Origin: Escherichia coli
GTDB taxonomy: Bacteria; Pseudomonadota; Gammaproteobacteria; Enterobacterales; Enterobacteriaceae
DNA length: 64,000 nucleotides
Direction: 5' to 3' (one strand)
NCBI RefSeq assembly: GCF_001677475.2
Contig: NZ_CP015229.1
A program made the position numbers and the translations under genes. Each line of letters begins with the position of its first letter. The stretch's first letter is position 1. This document shows positions 21,686 to 31,620 of this stretch, one piece after another. A model generated the notes under the pieces. The model had not been told where the DNA came from and searched no databases. It saw nothing but the letters and a program-made list of their open reading frames with translations.

Positions 21686-22411
21686 TCAGTGCTCCATAGT
21701 GAATTCAATCATGTCGGCGCGCGTCAGGCTGACGGAGTACTCCGCCGGGCTGCTTTCACCGTCACGGTGGTTAAGGGTGCGCACGCACAGCAGCGGCGAC
21801 ATATTCGGGATTTCAAGACGCTGGCACTCTTTGGCCTGGGCGCGGCGGGCGCTGATCCGCGTCTGGCTGCGGCGCAGCGCAATCCCCGTTTGCTCGCGCA
21901 GAAAATCGTGCAGCGAGCCGCTGTCGAAGCGTTGCAGCGTCGGCCAGAGAGTAAGGTCCGCGAAGTAGTGGTCGATTAAACAGAGCGCGACGCCGTTGAC
22001 CCGACGCAGGGTGCGCAGGTGGATGACGTTCTCGCCCTCGGTTATCCCCAGCGCGTCAGCGACGTGACCGGAGGCGGGGCGCAGCACCGACAGCAGTTTT
22101 TCGCTGGTGGGATGGCTGCCCTGGTCCAGCAGGTTCTGGCTAAAACGCGCCTGGGCGTTGAGCGGGTAATCGAACGGGCGCATCAGCACCAGCACGCCGA
22201 CGCCCTGACGGCGTTGTACCCAGCCTTTTTCCACCAGTTGGTCGATGGCGCGGCGCAGGGTGTGGCGATTCACCTCAAAGCGCGCCGCCAGTTGCTGCTC
22301 GGCGGGAAGATAGTCGCCGCAGCGATAGTGTTGACGAAGCTCCTGCTCAAGTTTTGCGGCTATCTCCTGATAGCGTGTTGGGTAGCTGGTCGGATGTGTA
22401 GACAAGTGCAT
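21686..22411 (-). CDS. phnF: GntR-family transcriptional repressor PhnF
   Basis: 241 aa from the ATG at 22411; N-terminal winged-helix HTH and UTRA-like C-terminal domain. Confidence 0.88.
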   Translation of the reverse strand: MHLSTHPTSYPTRYQEIAAKLEQELRQHYRCGDYLPAEQQLAARFEVNRHTLRRAIDQLVEKGWVQRRQGVGVLVLMRPFDYPLNAQARFSQNLLDQGSHPTSEKLLSVLRPASGHVADALGITEGENVIHLRTLRRVNGVALCLIDHYFADLTLWPTLQRFDSGSLHDFLREQTGIALRRSQTRISARRAQAKECQRLEIPNMSPLLCVRTLNHRDGESSPAEYSVSLTRADMIEFTMEH

Positions 22412-22431
22412 AGCTATCAATGCCTCGCTTA

Positions 22432-23211
22432 TCAGATAAAGTGCTTACGCAACCGTTGAGAGAGGAAATCCAGCAGGCTGACCGTGACGATAATCAGCAC
22501 CATCAGGGCGCAGGTTTGCTGGAACTGGAAACCGCGAATCGCTTCCCACAGCGTGACGCCAATTCCGCCTGCGCCGACCATGCCTACGACGGTCGCCGAA
22601 CGGACGTTGGATTCGAAGCGATAGAGAGAATAGGAAATCAGCAGCGGCATCACTTGCGGCAGCACGCCGTAGAGGATCTCTTCGAGCTTGTTGGCACCAG
22701 TGGCGCGAATACCTTCCACCGGGCCGGGTTCAATTGCTTCTACCGCTTCGGAAAGCAGCTTGGAGAGCACGCCGGTGGTGTGGATAAACAGCGCCAGCAC
22801 GCCAGCGAACGGGCCAAGGCCGACGGCGACCACGAACAGCATGGCGAAGACCATTTCGTTAATGGCGCGGCAGGCGTCCATCAGGCGGCGTACGGGCTGG
22901 TAAACCCACCACGGCACCAGGTTTTCGGCGCTCATCAGGCCAAAGGGGATGGAGAGAACCACCGCCAGCGCGGTGCCCCAGACGGCGATTTGCAGCGTGA
23001 CGGCCATTTCGGTGAGGTAATCCTGCCACTGGCTGAAATCGGGCGGGAAGAAGTCGGCGGCGAACGTCGCCATGTTGCCGCCGTCTTTAATCAGCGTGAG
23101 CGGGGCCATTTCCGCGCCCTGCCACGAGACGACCAGCACGGCGAGAACAATGGCCCAGCTCAGAAGCGAGAACCAGCTGCGCTTGGGTGGGGCGATGGTG
23201 ATGGTTTGCAT
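22432..23211 (-). CDS. phnE: Phosphonate ABC transporter permease PhnE; uninterrupted 259-aa frame
   Basis: Single continuous [22 protein letters not shown]... with no frameshift. Confidence 0.9.
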   Translation of the reverse strand: MQTITIAPPKRSWFSLLSWAIVLAVLVVSWQGAEMAPLTLIKDGGNMATFAADFFPPDFSQWQDYLTEMAVTLQIAVWGTALAVVLSIPFGLMSAENLVPWWVYQPVRRLMDACRAINEMVFAMLFVVAVGLGPFAGVLALFIHTTGVLSKLLSEAVEAIEPGPVEGIRATGANKLEEILYGVLPQVMPLLISYSLYRFESNVRSATVVGMVGAGGIGVTLWEAIRGFQFQQTCALMVLIIVTVSLLDFLSQRLRKHFI

Positions 23212-23235
23212 ATATTGCTCCGTTTAATGTTTTCT

Positions 23236-23321
23236 CCCTCTCCCTGTGGGAGAGGGCCGGGGTGAGGGCATCAGCGTGCGCATTTCCCCCTCACCCTAAC
23301 CCTCTCCCTCAAGGGAGAGGG
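23236..23321. repeat. GC-rich intergenic repeat: three tandem/nested palindromes (BoxC-like)
   Basis: ccctctccc-tgt-gggagaggg (23236-23256), gggtgaggg...ccctcaccc (23260-23296) and ccctctccc-tcaa-gggagaggg (23300-23321), between phnD and phnE. Confidence 0.6.
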
Positions 23322-23336
23322 GACCGATCGAGCACA

Positions 23337-24353
23337 TTACTGCACCGCTTTACTCACCGAACTCATCGCGCTTAACGCGTTGTTCAGGCGGTCCAGGTCA
23401 TCCAGTTGCGCCTGAATCTCGGTGGTTTTCGCCAGTTTGTCCTGCTCATTCAGCCCTTTATTGCCTTTCACACCCTGCATCTCTTTAAACAGCGCGAGCT
23501 GGCGAATCGGCACCAGTTGCAGGTCGCTGGAGGCGCGGAACGGGGCCCAGCCCAGGCGCTCCAGCACCGCTTTCTCTTCCGGCGTTTTGCCGTAGTTCAT
23601 AAAGAAGTCGTAGATCTTGTCTTTGGTGGTTTCGGAAAGATTTTTGCGCCAGACGATCGGATCGCCTGGGATCAGCGGCGATTTCCAGATCACCTTCAGT
23701 TCTTTGAGCTTCTCCGGTGCGGAGGTTTTCAGCTTGTCGAGGTTTTCGGTGTTGTTGGTCGCCACATCCACTTGTTTGTTGGCGACGGCCAGCGCGTTGG
23801 TTTCATGCCCGGCGTTGACGGTGCGCTTGAAGTCGCTGGCGGAAATATTGTTTTTGGCGAAGACGTAGTAGCCGGGGACGAGGAAGCCAGAGGTGGAGTT
23901 AGGATCGCCATTGCCAAAGGTGAGATCTTTACGCTTCGCCAGCAGATCGTTCAGGTTGTTGATCGGACTGTCTTTGTTGACGATCAACACGCTCCAGTAA
24001 CCCGGCGATCCATCCGCCGCGACCGTCTGGGCGAAGACCTGACCGTTGGCGCGATCCACCGCTTCCATCGCCGACAGATTGCCGTACCAGGCGATATCCA
24101 CTTTGTTGAAGCGCATTCCCTGGATAATGCCCGCGTAGTCCGGGGCAAAGAAGGCGTTGACCTTTACGCCCAGCTTCTTCTCCATATCCTGTAAGAACGG
24201 CGTCCATTGCGGTTTCAGGTTTTGCTGTGATTCCGTTGAAATAATGCCGAAATTCAGCGCCTTTTCCTGCTCTTCGGCGTGCGCCGGGCTTAACAGGGTG
24301 CTGAGGCTGAACATGCTGGTGAAGGCCAGCGAGGCAATTATCTTAGCGTTCAT
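23337..24353 (-). CDS. phnD: Phosphonate ABC transporter periplasmic binding protein PhnD
   Basis: 338-aa ORF with signal peptide ending AHA. Confidence 0.92.
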   Translation of the reverse strand: MNAKIIASLAFTSMFSLSTLLSPAHAEEQEKALNFGIISTESQQNLKPQWTPFLQDMEKKLGVKVNAFFAPDYAGIIQGMRFNKVDIAWYGNLSAMEAVDRANGQVFAQTVAADGSPGYWSVLIVNKDSPINNLNDLLAKRKDLTFGNGDPNSTSGFLVPGYYVFAKNNISASDFKRTVNAGHETNALAVANKQVDVATNNTENLDKLKTSAPEKLKELKVIWKSPLIPGDPIVWRKNLSETTKDKIYDFFMNYGKTPEEKAVLERLGWAPFRASSDLQLVPIRQLALFKEMQGVKGNKGLNEQDKLAKTTEIQAQLDDLDRLNNALSAMSSVSKAVQ

Positions 24354-24377
24354 TCGTTTTCCTCAATGATGGGGATG

Positions 24378-25166
24378 TCAGGCAGCTTTCGCGTTTTCTT
24401 CGACGCGGTTGATGCTGCGGTAGAGATGGTCAAAACGTTCGTTATCAAACTGTTGGCTGCTGCCGTCGTAGAAGACGTGCCCCTGGCGCAGGGCGACGAT
24501 GCGTTCGCAGTAGCGCAGGGCGTAATCCACCTGATGCAGCGTGACGACCACGGTAATGCCGTCGTTCTGGTTAATGTCGCGCAGGGTGTCCATCACGATG
24601 CGCGCCGATTCCGGGTCCAGCGAGGCGATGGGTTCATCGGCCAGAATTACCTTCGCCTGCTGCATCAGCGCGCGGGCAATCGCCACACGCTGCTGTTGCC
24701 CGCCGGAGAGGGTGGAAACGCGCTGATGGGCAAAATGCACCATGCCAACGCGGGTCAGCGCCTGTAACGCGCGCTGTTTCTGCTCGCGGGTGAACCAGCT
24801 AAAACAGGTGCGCCAGAATGGCGTGCTGCCGAGCGCGCCAATCAGCACGTTCTCCAGTACGCTCAGGCGATTCACCAGGTTGAATTGTTGGAAGATGTAG
24901 CCGGTGTTGGCGCGGCTTTTGCGGATATCGCGGGCCAGGCGGCCTTCGCGCTGGACTGTGCGGCCCAGCAGCTCGATATGGCTACCGGCAGATTTATCGC
25001 CGGTAATCAAACCGCTTAAGTGACGTAAAAGGGTGGATTTGCCGGAACCCGACGGCCCAAGCAGAGCCACCATTTCACCGTGATGAATGTTCAGATCAAC
25101 CGCGTGCAGCGCCTGATGCTGATTGAAGGTTTTGGCGAGCTTCTCGACACGGATAATCGTTTGCAT
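24378..25166 (-). CDS. phnC: Phosphonate ABC transporter ATP-binding protein PhnC
   Basis: 262-aa ORF, Walker [13 protein letters not shown] signature LSGGQQQR; good GGGAGG ribosome-binding site. Confidence 0.93.
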   Translation of the reverse strand: MQTIIRVEKLAKTFNQHQALHAVDLNIHHGEMVALLGPSGSGKSTLLRHLSGLITGDKSAGSHIELLGRTVQREGRLARDIRKSRANTGYIFQQFNLVNRLSVLENVLIGALGSTPFWRTCFSWFTREQKQRALQALTRVGMVHFAHQRVSTLSGGQQQRVAIARALMQQAKVILADEPIASLDPESARIVMDTLRDINQNDGITVVVTLHQVDYALRYCERIVALRQGHVFYDGSSQQFDNERFDHLYRSINRVEENAKAA

Positions 25167-25210
25167 GATGCAGCCTCCCTAAAAAAGTGGCTCCATCGTG
25201 GCGGATTATT

Positions 25211-25245
25211 GTGACGATTTTGTTAACTAAAAGTGACTAACGGAT
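25211..25245 (-). promoter_or_regulatory. Pho box (PhoB-binding site) of the phnC promoter
   Basis: Minus-strand ccgTTAGTCACttttAGTTAACaaaaTCGTCAC: repeated TGTCAT-like 7-mers at about 11-bp phase, 45-80 bp upstream of the phnC ATG. Confidence 0.6.
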
Positions 25246-25298
25246 GAAGAGTTAACGAGATTTCGATGACAGTGCGGGAGGGCGGCCCTCCCGGCGGG

Positions 25299-25742
25299 TT
25301 AGTGCGTTGGTTGTTGTTTGACGACATTAATCATCCACGGTACGCCAAATTTATCGGTGACTTTGCCGAAGCCATGCGCCCAGAAAGTTTCCTGCCAGGC
25401 CATTTCGATTTTTCCGTTAGCGGCAAGGTTGTCAAACCAGCGTTTTCCTTCTTCGACCTGTTGCGAATCGAGCACCAGCGTAAAGCCGGAGTAGCTGGCT
25501 TTTCCTGACGGTATAGCATCGCTCATCATGATATCGCTTCCGGCAATGCGCACATTGGCGTGGGCGATGGCGGTATCGGGAAATTGCATTCCGGAAGGGC
25601 AGTTCTCGGCGCTGTCCTGCGCTGATTTTGGCATTTCGCCGAAGCTGATTTTATAGAGCAGTTCAGCGCCCAACGTACGTTGATAATAAGCAATTGCGTC
25701 GGCACAGTTACCGGCAAAAGAGAGGTAGGGACTTAACGGCAT
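25299..25742 (-). CDS. yjdN: Glyoxalase/bleomycin-resistance-fold protein YjdN (PhnB)
   Basis: 147-aa ORF MPLSPYLSFAGNCADAIAYYQ... Confidence 0.85.
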   Translation of the reverse strand: MPLSPYLSFAGNCADAIAYYQRTLGAELLYKISFGEMPKSAQDSAENCPSGMQFPDTAIAHANVRIAGSDIMMSDAIPSGKASYSGFTLVLDSQQVEEGKRWFDNLAANGKIEMAWQETFWAHGFGKVTDKFGVPWMINVVKQQPTH

Positions 25743-25807
25743 GATGGTGACCTCAGTTAAGAGAAGCCAGTTAAGTGTAGTTCGAAATTTATACAGATGA
25801 GAGGGAA

Positions 25808-25883
25808 GCCTGATAAGACGCGGTCAGCGTCGCATCAGGCTGTCGGCATCGTTGCCGGATGCGGCGCGAGCGCCTTATCCGGC
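25808..25883. repeat. BIME: two inverted REP units between yjdN and yjdM
   Basis: gcctgataagacgcggtcagcgtcgcatcaggc and gccggatgcggcgcgagcgccttatccggc. Confidence 0.8.
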
Positions 25884-25901
25884 TTACCGATCACAATACA
25901 A

Positions 25902-26237
25902 TCAGTTCTTTTTCACAAACTCAGATTTCAGTTTCATCGGACCAAAACCGTCGATTTTGCAATCGATGTTATGGTCGCCTTCAACCAGGCGGATGTTTTT
26001 CACTTTGGTGCCAATTTTCAGCATCGAAGAGCTACCTTTCACCTTCAGATCTTTAATGATGGTAACGCTGTCGCCGTCAGCCAGCAGATTGCCATTAGCA
26101 TCTTTAACGATCAGCTCGTCGCTTTCCTGTGCAGGTTCTGCGTCGTTCCATTCGTAGGCACATTCCGGGCAGATGTACATGCCGTTATCTTCGTAGGTGT
26201 ATTCGGAGTTGCATTTTGGGCAGTGTGGTAATGACAT
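25902..26237 (-). CDS. yjdM: Zinc-ribbon protein YjdM (PhnA)
   Basis: ATG at 26237 gives [30 protein letters not shown]... (111 aa, two CxxC pairs); ORF-track start at 26384 is an extension. Confidence 0.88.
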
Positions 26238-26636
26238 GTGGATTTCCTCAAAAGTCAGCAGGGCAAAAGCGCCAAAAAACGGCAGATTGCCGAAAAAGGC
26301 CGCAATTATACACAAAATCCCTGAGTTTGTCGGGGGTACTGCTGATTTTAGACGACGATCGTTTTCATTTGAAAGGAAACGCAAAAAGAAAATAATCTTT
26401 TTGCCTCCATTTATTATTTAAGATAAGGTTAATGCTCTACTTGTTCTTTTTTTAATTCAAATGATATTTTTATCTTTCTGACGTTTTAAACGTATCGGAA
26501 GATGTTATTTATTTTAATAAAAAAACACTCTAAATATAAAATTATTTCTTGCAGTAATTATAAAAGCCGAAAACAGAACTCAAAAACAATCTGGCTAAAT
26601 AAAAGTAACAAAATTTGCTTTAAGGAAGAATTTTCT

Positions 26637-28865
26637 ATGTACACACAGACCCTGTATGAGTTAAGTCAGGAGGCTGAACGGCTGTTACAGCTTTCTCGCC
26701 AACAGTTGCAGTTACTGGAAAAAATGCCTCTCTCTGTACCCGGAGACGATGCGCCACAACTGGCTTTACCCTGGAGTCAGCCTAATATCGCCGAACGTCA
26801 CGCGATGCTGAATAATGAGTTGCGTAAAATTTCCCGACTGGAAATGGTGCTGGCGATTGTCGGTACCATGAAAGCAGGGAAATCAACCACCATTAATGCC
26901 ATTGTTGGTACGGAGGTTCTGCCTAATCGTAATCGCCCAATGACTGCGCTGCCGACGCTTATTCGCCATACGCCCGGGCAAAAGGAACCGGTACTGCATT
27001 TTTCACATGTCGCGCCAATCGATTGTTTAATTCAAAAATTACAACAGCGCCTGCGTGATTGCGATATTAAGCATCTGACCGATGTGCTGGAAATAGATAA
27101 AGATATGCGTGCGCTTATGCAGCGGATCGAAAATGGCGTCGCTTTCGAAAAATATTATCTGGGTGCCCAGCCTATTTTTCATTGTCTGAAAAGTTTGAAT
27201 GATTTGGTGCGACTGGCGAAGGCGCTGGACGTCGATTTTCCTTTTTCTGCTTACGCCGCCATTGAGCATATTCCCGTGATTGAAGTGGAGTTTGTCCATC
27301 TGGCGGGGCTGGAGAGTTATCCCGGTCAGTTGACGTTACTGGATACCCCCGGGCCAAATGAAGCCGGGCAACCGCATCTGCAAAAAATGCTTAACCAGCA
27401 GCTGGCTCGCGCCTCGGCGGTATTGGCGGTGCTGGATTATACGCAACTGAAATCGATCTCCGATGAAGAGGTCCGTGAGGCGATTTTGGCGGTGGGGCAA
27501 TCGGTGCCGCTGTATGTGCTGGTCAATAAGTTCGATCAACAGGATCGTAACAGTGACGACGCCGACCAGGTGCGGGCACTGATTTCCGGGACGCTGATGA
27601 AAGGCTGTATTACGCCACAGCAGATATTTCCGGTGTCGTCGATGTGGGGCTACCTGGCGAATCGGGCGCGCCATGAGTTAGCCAACAACGGTAAGTTACC
27701 ACCGCCAGAGCAACAACGCTGGGTGGAAGATTTTGCCCATGCCGCGCTCGGCAGGCGCTGGCGTCATGCCGATCTGGCTGACCTCGAACATATTCGTCAT
27801 GCTGCCGATCAGTTGTGGGAAGATTCGCTGTTCGCCCAGCCAATTCAGGCGTTGCTTCATGCCGCTTACGCTAACGCCTCGTTGTATGCTCTGCGATCTG
27901 CCGCGCATAAACTGTTGAATTACGCGCAGCAGGCGCGGGAATACCTGGATTTCCGTGCGCACGGGTTAAACGTCGCTTGTGAACAATTGCGGCAAAATAT
28001 TCATCAGATCGAAGAAAGTTTGCAGCTATTGCAACTCAATCAGGCGCAGGTGAGCGGCGAGATTAAACATGAAATCGAGCTGGCCCTGACCTCCGCCAAC
28101 CACTTTCTGCGTCAACAGCAAGATGCGCTGAATGCGCAGTTTGCCGCCTTGTTTCAGGATGATTCGGAGCCGTTAAGCGAGATTCGTACCCGCTGTGAGA
28201 CACTGTTACAGACGGCGCAGAACACCATTAGTCGCGACTTTACGCTGCGTTTTGCCGAGCTGGAATCCACCCTTTGCCGGGTGTTAACCGATGTTATTCG
28301 CCCCATTGAGCAACAAATCAAAATGGAATTGAGCGAGTCAGGGTTTCGTCCTGGGTTTCATTTTCCTGTTTTTCACGGCGCAGTTCCCCACTTCAACACT
28401 CGCCAGCTGTTCAGTGAAGTCATTTCGCGCCAGGAAGCAACGGACGAGCAGAGCACGCGTTTAGGCGTTGTGCGTGAGACTTTTTCGCGCTGGTTGAATC
28501 AGCCCGACTGGGGACGGGGAAATGAGAAATCCCCGACAGAGACGGTTGATTACAGTGTGTTGCAACGAGCATTAAGCGCAGAAGTCGATCTTTATTGCCA
28601 ACAAATGGCTAAAGTTCTGGCAGAGCAGGTCGATGAATCTGTTACGGCAGGCATGAATACTTTTTTCGCTGAGTTCGCTTCATGTTTGACGGAATTACAG
28701 ACGCGTTTACGCGAAAGTCTGGCTCTGCGTGAACAAAATGAATCGGTGGTCAGGCTGATGCAGCAGCAATTGCAGCAGACTGTGATGACTCACGGCTGGA
28801 TTTACACCGACGCCCAGCTGTTACGCGATGATATTCAAACACTTTTCACGGCAGAACGATATTGA
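26637..28865 (+). CDS. crfC: Dynamin-like large GTPase CrfC (YjdA)
   Basis: ATG at 26637 gives MYTQTLYELSQEAERLL...; GTPase G1 motif GTMKAGKST; 742 aa. Confidence 0.88.
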   Translation: MYTQTLYELSQEAERLLQLSRQQLQLLEKMPLSVPGDDAPQLALPWSQPNIAERHAMLNNELRKISRLEMVLAIVGTMKAGKSTTINAIVGTEVLPNRNRPMTALPTLIRHTPGQKEPVLHFSHVAPIDCLIQKLQQRLRDCDIKHLTDVLEIDKDMRALMQRIENGVAFEKYYLGAQPIFHCLKSLNDLVRLAKALDVDFPFSAYAAIEHIPVIEVEFVHLAGLESYPGQLTLLDTPGPNEAGQPHLQKMLNQQLARASAVLAVLDYTQLKSISDEEVREAILAVGQSVPLYVLVNKFDQQDRNSDDADQVRALISGTLMKGCITPQQIFPVSSMWGYLANRARHELANNGKLPPPEQQRWVEDFAHAALGRRWRHADLADLEHIRHAADQLWEDSLFAQPIQALLHAAYANASLYALRSAAHKLLNYAQQAREYLDFRAHGLNVACEQLRQNIHQIEESLQLLQLNQAQVSGEIKHEIELALTSANHFLRQQQDALNAQFAALFQDDSEPLSEIRTRCETLLQTAQNTISRDFTLRFAELESTLCRVLTDVIRPIEQQIKMELSESGFRPGFHFPVFHGAVPHFNTRQLFSEVISRQEATDEQSTRLGVVRETFSRWLNQPDWGRGNEKSPTETVDYSVLQRALSAEVDLYCQQMAKVLAEQVDESVTAGMNTFFAEFASCLTELQTRLRESLALREQNESVVRLMQQQLQQTVMTHGWIYTDAQLLRDDIQTLFTAERY

Positions 28866-29740
28866 CCAAGACGTTACTTGACGGCCCCGGTCGCGTGCTG
28901 GAGTCGGTTTATCCCCGCTTTTTAGTGGATCTGGCGCAGGGCGATGATGCCCGCCTTCCACAAGCCCATCAGCAGCAGTTTCGTGAACGACTGATGCAGG
29001 AACTTCTTGCGCGCGTGCAGCTTCAGACATGGACGAACGGCGGCATGTTAAATGCGCCGCTTAGCCTGCGTCTGACATTGGTGGAAAAACTGGCGTCGAT
29101 GCTGGATCCCGGTCATCTGGCGCTGACGCAGATCGCGCAGCATCTGGCGCTGCTGCAAAAAATGGATCACCGCCAGCACTCTGCTTTCCCAGAGCTCCCC
29201 CAGCAAATTGCCGCCTTGTATGAGTGGTTTTCAGCCCGTTGTCGCTGGAAGGAAAAGGCGTTAACGCAACGAGGCCTCCTGGTGCAGGCAGGTGATCAGA
29301 GCGAGCAAATTTTTACCCGCTGGCGTGCTGGGGCGTATAACGCCTGGTCGTTGCCTGGGCGCTGTTTTATCGTTCTGGAGGAGTTGCGCTGGGGGGCATT
29401 TGGCGATGCCTGCCGTCTGGGAAGCCCGCAAGCGGTGGCGTTGTTGCTGGGTGATTTGCGCGAGAAAGCGACACAACATCTGGCAGAGAGTATCAATGCG
29501 GCACCGACCACGCGTCACTATTACCATCAGTGGTTTGCCTCTTCGACCGTTCCGACGGGAGGGGATCATGCTGATTTTTTAAGTTGGCTGGGAAAGTGGA
29601 CCACGGCAGATAAACAGCCCGTTTGCTGGTCAGTGACCCAACGCTGGCAAACAGTCGCGCTGGGGATGCCACGACTCTGTTCAGCGCAGCGTTTGGTGGG
29701 GGCAATGGTCGAGGAAATCTTCTCTGTAAATTTGGTGTAA
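28862..29740 (+). CDS. yjcZ: CrfC-partner protein YjcZ
   Basis: 292-aa ORF whose TTG start overlaps the crfC TGA stop (TTGA). Confidence 0.8.
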   Translation: MTKTLLDGPGRVLESVYPRFLVDLAQGDDARLPQAHQQQFRERLMQELLARVQLQTWTNGGMLNAPLSLRLTLVEKLASMLDPGHLALTQIAQHLALLQKMDHRQHSAFPELPQQIAALYEWFSARCRWKEKALTQRGLLVQAGDQSEQIFTRWRAGAYNAWSLPGRCFIVLEELRWGAFGDACRLGSPQAVALLLGDLREKATQHLAESINAAPTTRHYYHQWFASSTVPTGGDHADFLSWLGKWTTADKQPVCWSVTQRWQTVALGMPRLCSAQRLVGAMVEEIFSVNLV

Positions 29741-30003
29741 ATAATCAGTTACATCAATGAGTCTTAAACGAAATTCATGTGTGAAGTTGATCGCAAATTT
29801 AAACACTGGTAGGGTAAAAAGGTCATTAACTGCCCAATTCAGGCGTCAACTGGTTTGATTGTACATTCCTTAACCGGAGGGTGTAAGCAAACCCGCTACG
29901 CTTGTTACAGAGATTGCATCCTGCAATTCCCGCTCCCCTTTTGCGGCCGTCGCGCTGATTTTTCTGGCGTTTGCGGAAATGGGCCAACTCTGCGAGGAAA
30001 GCT

Positions 30004-31506
30004 ATGCTGAAAAGGAAAAAAGTAAAACCAATTACCCTTCGTGATGTCACCATTATTGATGACGGTAAACTGCGTAAAGCCATTACCGCAGCATCACTGG
30101 GTAATGCAATGGAATGGTTTGATTTTGGTGTTTATGGTTTTGTTGCTTACGCATTAGGTAAAGTTTTTTTCCCGGGGGCTGACCCCAGCGTGCAGATGGT
30201 TGCTGCACTTGCCACTTTCTCCGTTCCCTTTCTGATTCGACCGCTTGGCGGACTCTTCTTTGGTATGTTGGGCGATAAATATGGTCGCCAGAAGATCCTC
30301 GCTATCACTATTGTGATTATGTCGATCAGTACGTTCTGTATTGGCTTAATACCGTCCTACGACACGATTGGTATTTGGGCACCGATTCTGCTGTTGATCT
30401 GTAAGATGGCACAAGGTTTCTCGGTCGGCGGTGAATATACCGGGGCGTCGATATTTGTTGCGGAATACTCCCCTGACCGTAAACGTGGCTTTATGGGCAG
30501 CTGGCTGGACTTCGGTTCTATTGCCGGGTTTGTGCTGGGTGCGGGCGTGGTGGTGTTAATTTCGACCATTGTCGGCGAAGAGAACTTCCTCGACTGGGGT
30601 TGGCGTATTCCGTTCTTTATTGCTCTGCCGTTAGGGATTATCGGGCTTTACCTGCGCCATGCGCTGGAAGAGACTCCGGCGTTCCAGCAGCATGTCGATA
30701 AACTGGAACAGGGCGACCGCGAAGGTTTGCAGGATGGCCCGAAAGTCTCGTTTAAAGAGATTGCCACCAAACACTGGCGCAGCCTGTTGACATGTATTGG
30801 TCTGGTAATTGCCACCAACGTGACTTACTACATGTTGCTGACCTATATGCCGAGTTATTTGTCGCATAACCTGCATTACTCCGAAGACCACGGGGTGCTG
30901 ATTATTATCGCCATTATGATCGGTATGCTGTTTGTTCAACCGGTGATGGGCTTGCTGAGTGACCGTTTTGGTCGTCGTCCGTTTGTGCTACTTGGTAGTG
31001 TTGCCCTGTTTGTGTTGGCGATCCCGGCGTTTATTCTGATTAACAGTAACGTCATCGGCCTGATTTTTGCCGGGTTACTGATGCTGGCGGTGATCCTTAA
31101 CTGCTTTACGGGCGTTATGGCTTCTACCTTGCCAGCGATGTTCCCGACGCATATCCGTTACAGCGCGCTGGCGGCGGCATTTAATATTTCGGTGCTGGTT
31201 GCCGGTCTGACGCCAACGCTGGCGGCCTGGCTGGTCGAAAGCTCGCAGAATCTGATGATGCCTGCCTATTACCTGATGGTAGTGGCGGTGATTGGTTTAA
31301 TCACCGGCGTAACCATGAAAGAGACGGCGAATCGTCCGTTGAAAGGTGCGACACCGGCGGCGTCAGATATACAGGAAGCGAAGGAAATTCTCGTCGAGCA
31401 TTACGATAATATTGAGCAGAAAATCGATGATATTGACCACGAAATTGCCGATTTGCAGGCGAAACGTACCCGCCTGGTGCAGCAACATCCGCGAATTGAT
31501 GAATAA
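30004..31506 (+). CDS. proP: Proline/glycine betaine:proton symporter (osmosensing MFS transporter)
   Basis: ATG at 30004 gives MLKRKKVKPITLRDVTIIDDGKLRKAITAASLGNAMEWFDFGVYGF...; C-terminal coiled coil (...IDDIDHEIADLQAKRTRLVQQ). Confidence 0.93.
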   Translation: MLKRKKVKPITLRDVTIIDDGKLRKAITAASLGNAMEWFDFGVYGFVAYALGKVFFPGADPSVQMVAALATFSVPFLIRPLGGLFFGMLGDKYGRQKILAITIVIMSISTFCIGLIPSYDTIGIWAPILLLICKMAQGFSVGGEYTGASIFVAEYSPDRKRGFMGSWLDFGSIAGFVLGAGVVVLISTIVGEENFLDWGWRIPFFIALPLGIIGLYLRHALEETPAFQQHVDKLEQGDREGLQDGPKVSFKEIATKHWRSLLTCIGLVIATNVTYYMLLTYMPSYLSHNLHYSEDHGVLIIIAIMIGMLFVQPVMGLLSDRFGRRPFVLLGSVALFVLAIPAFILINSNVIGLIFAGLLMLAVILNCFTGVMASTLPAMFPTHIRYSALAAAFNISVLVAGLTPTLAAWLVESSQNLMMPAYYLMVVAVIGLITGVTMKETANRPLKGATPAASDIQEAKEILVEHYDNIEQKIDDIDHEIADLQAKRTRLVQQHPRIDE

Positions 31507-31518
31507 GCTGAAACGGAT

Positions 31519-31547
31519 GGCCTGATGTGACGCTGTCTTATCAGGCC
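31519..31547. repeat. REP-like palindrome / proP terminator
   Basis: ggcctgatgtgacgctgtcttatcaggcc immediately downstream of the proP stop. Confidence 0.7.
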
Positions 31548-31559
31548 AACAATTGAACT

Positions 31560-31576
31560 CTTAAGGTTCACTTAAT
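31560..31576 (+). promoter_or_regulatory. PmrA (BasR) box upstream of pmrR
   Basis: CTTAAG-gttca-CTTAAT, an exact YTTAAK-N5-YTTAAK direct repeat 45-60 bp upstream of the pmrR ATG. Confidence 0.65.
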
Positions 31577-31620
31577 CTCTGACGCGCATACTCTCCTCCA
31601 GGTTAACGGAGGAGAGTGCA

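Noticed and set aside
22420-23265. 281-aa plus-strand ORF rich in Gly/His/Arg
   Set aside because: Antisense to the well-supported phnE and runs through the GC-rich palindromic spacer; frame artefact.
23236-23321. Possible CRISPR or tandem-repeat array
   Set aside because: Only three short palindromic units with no regular repeat-spacer periodicity and no cas genes in the window.
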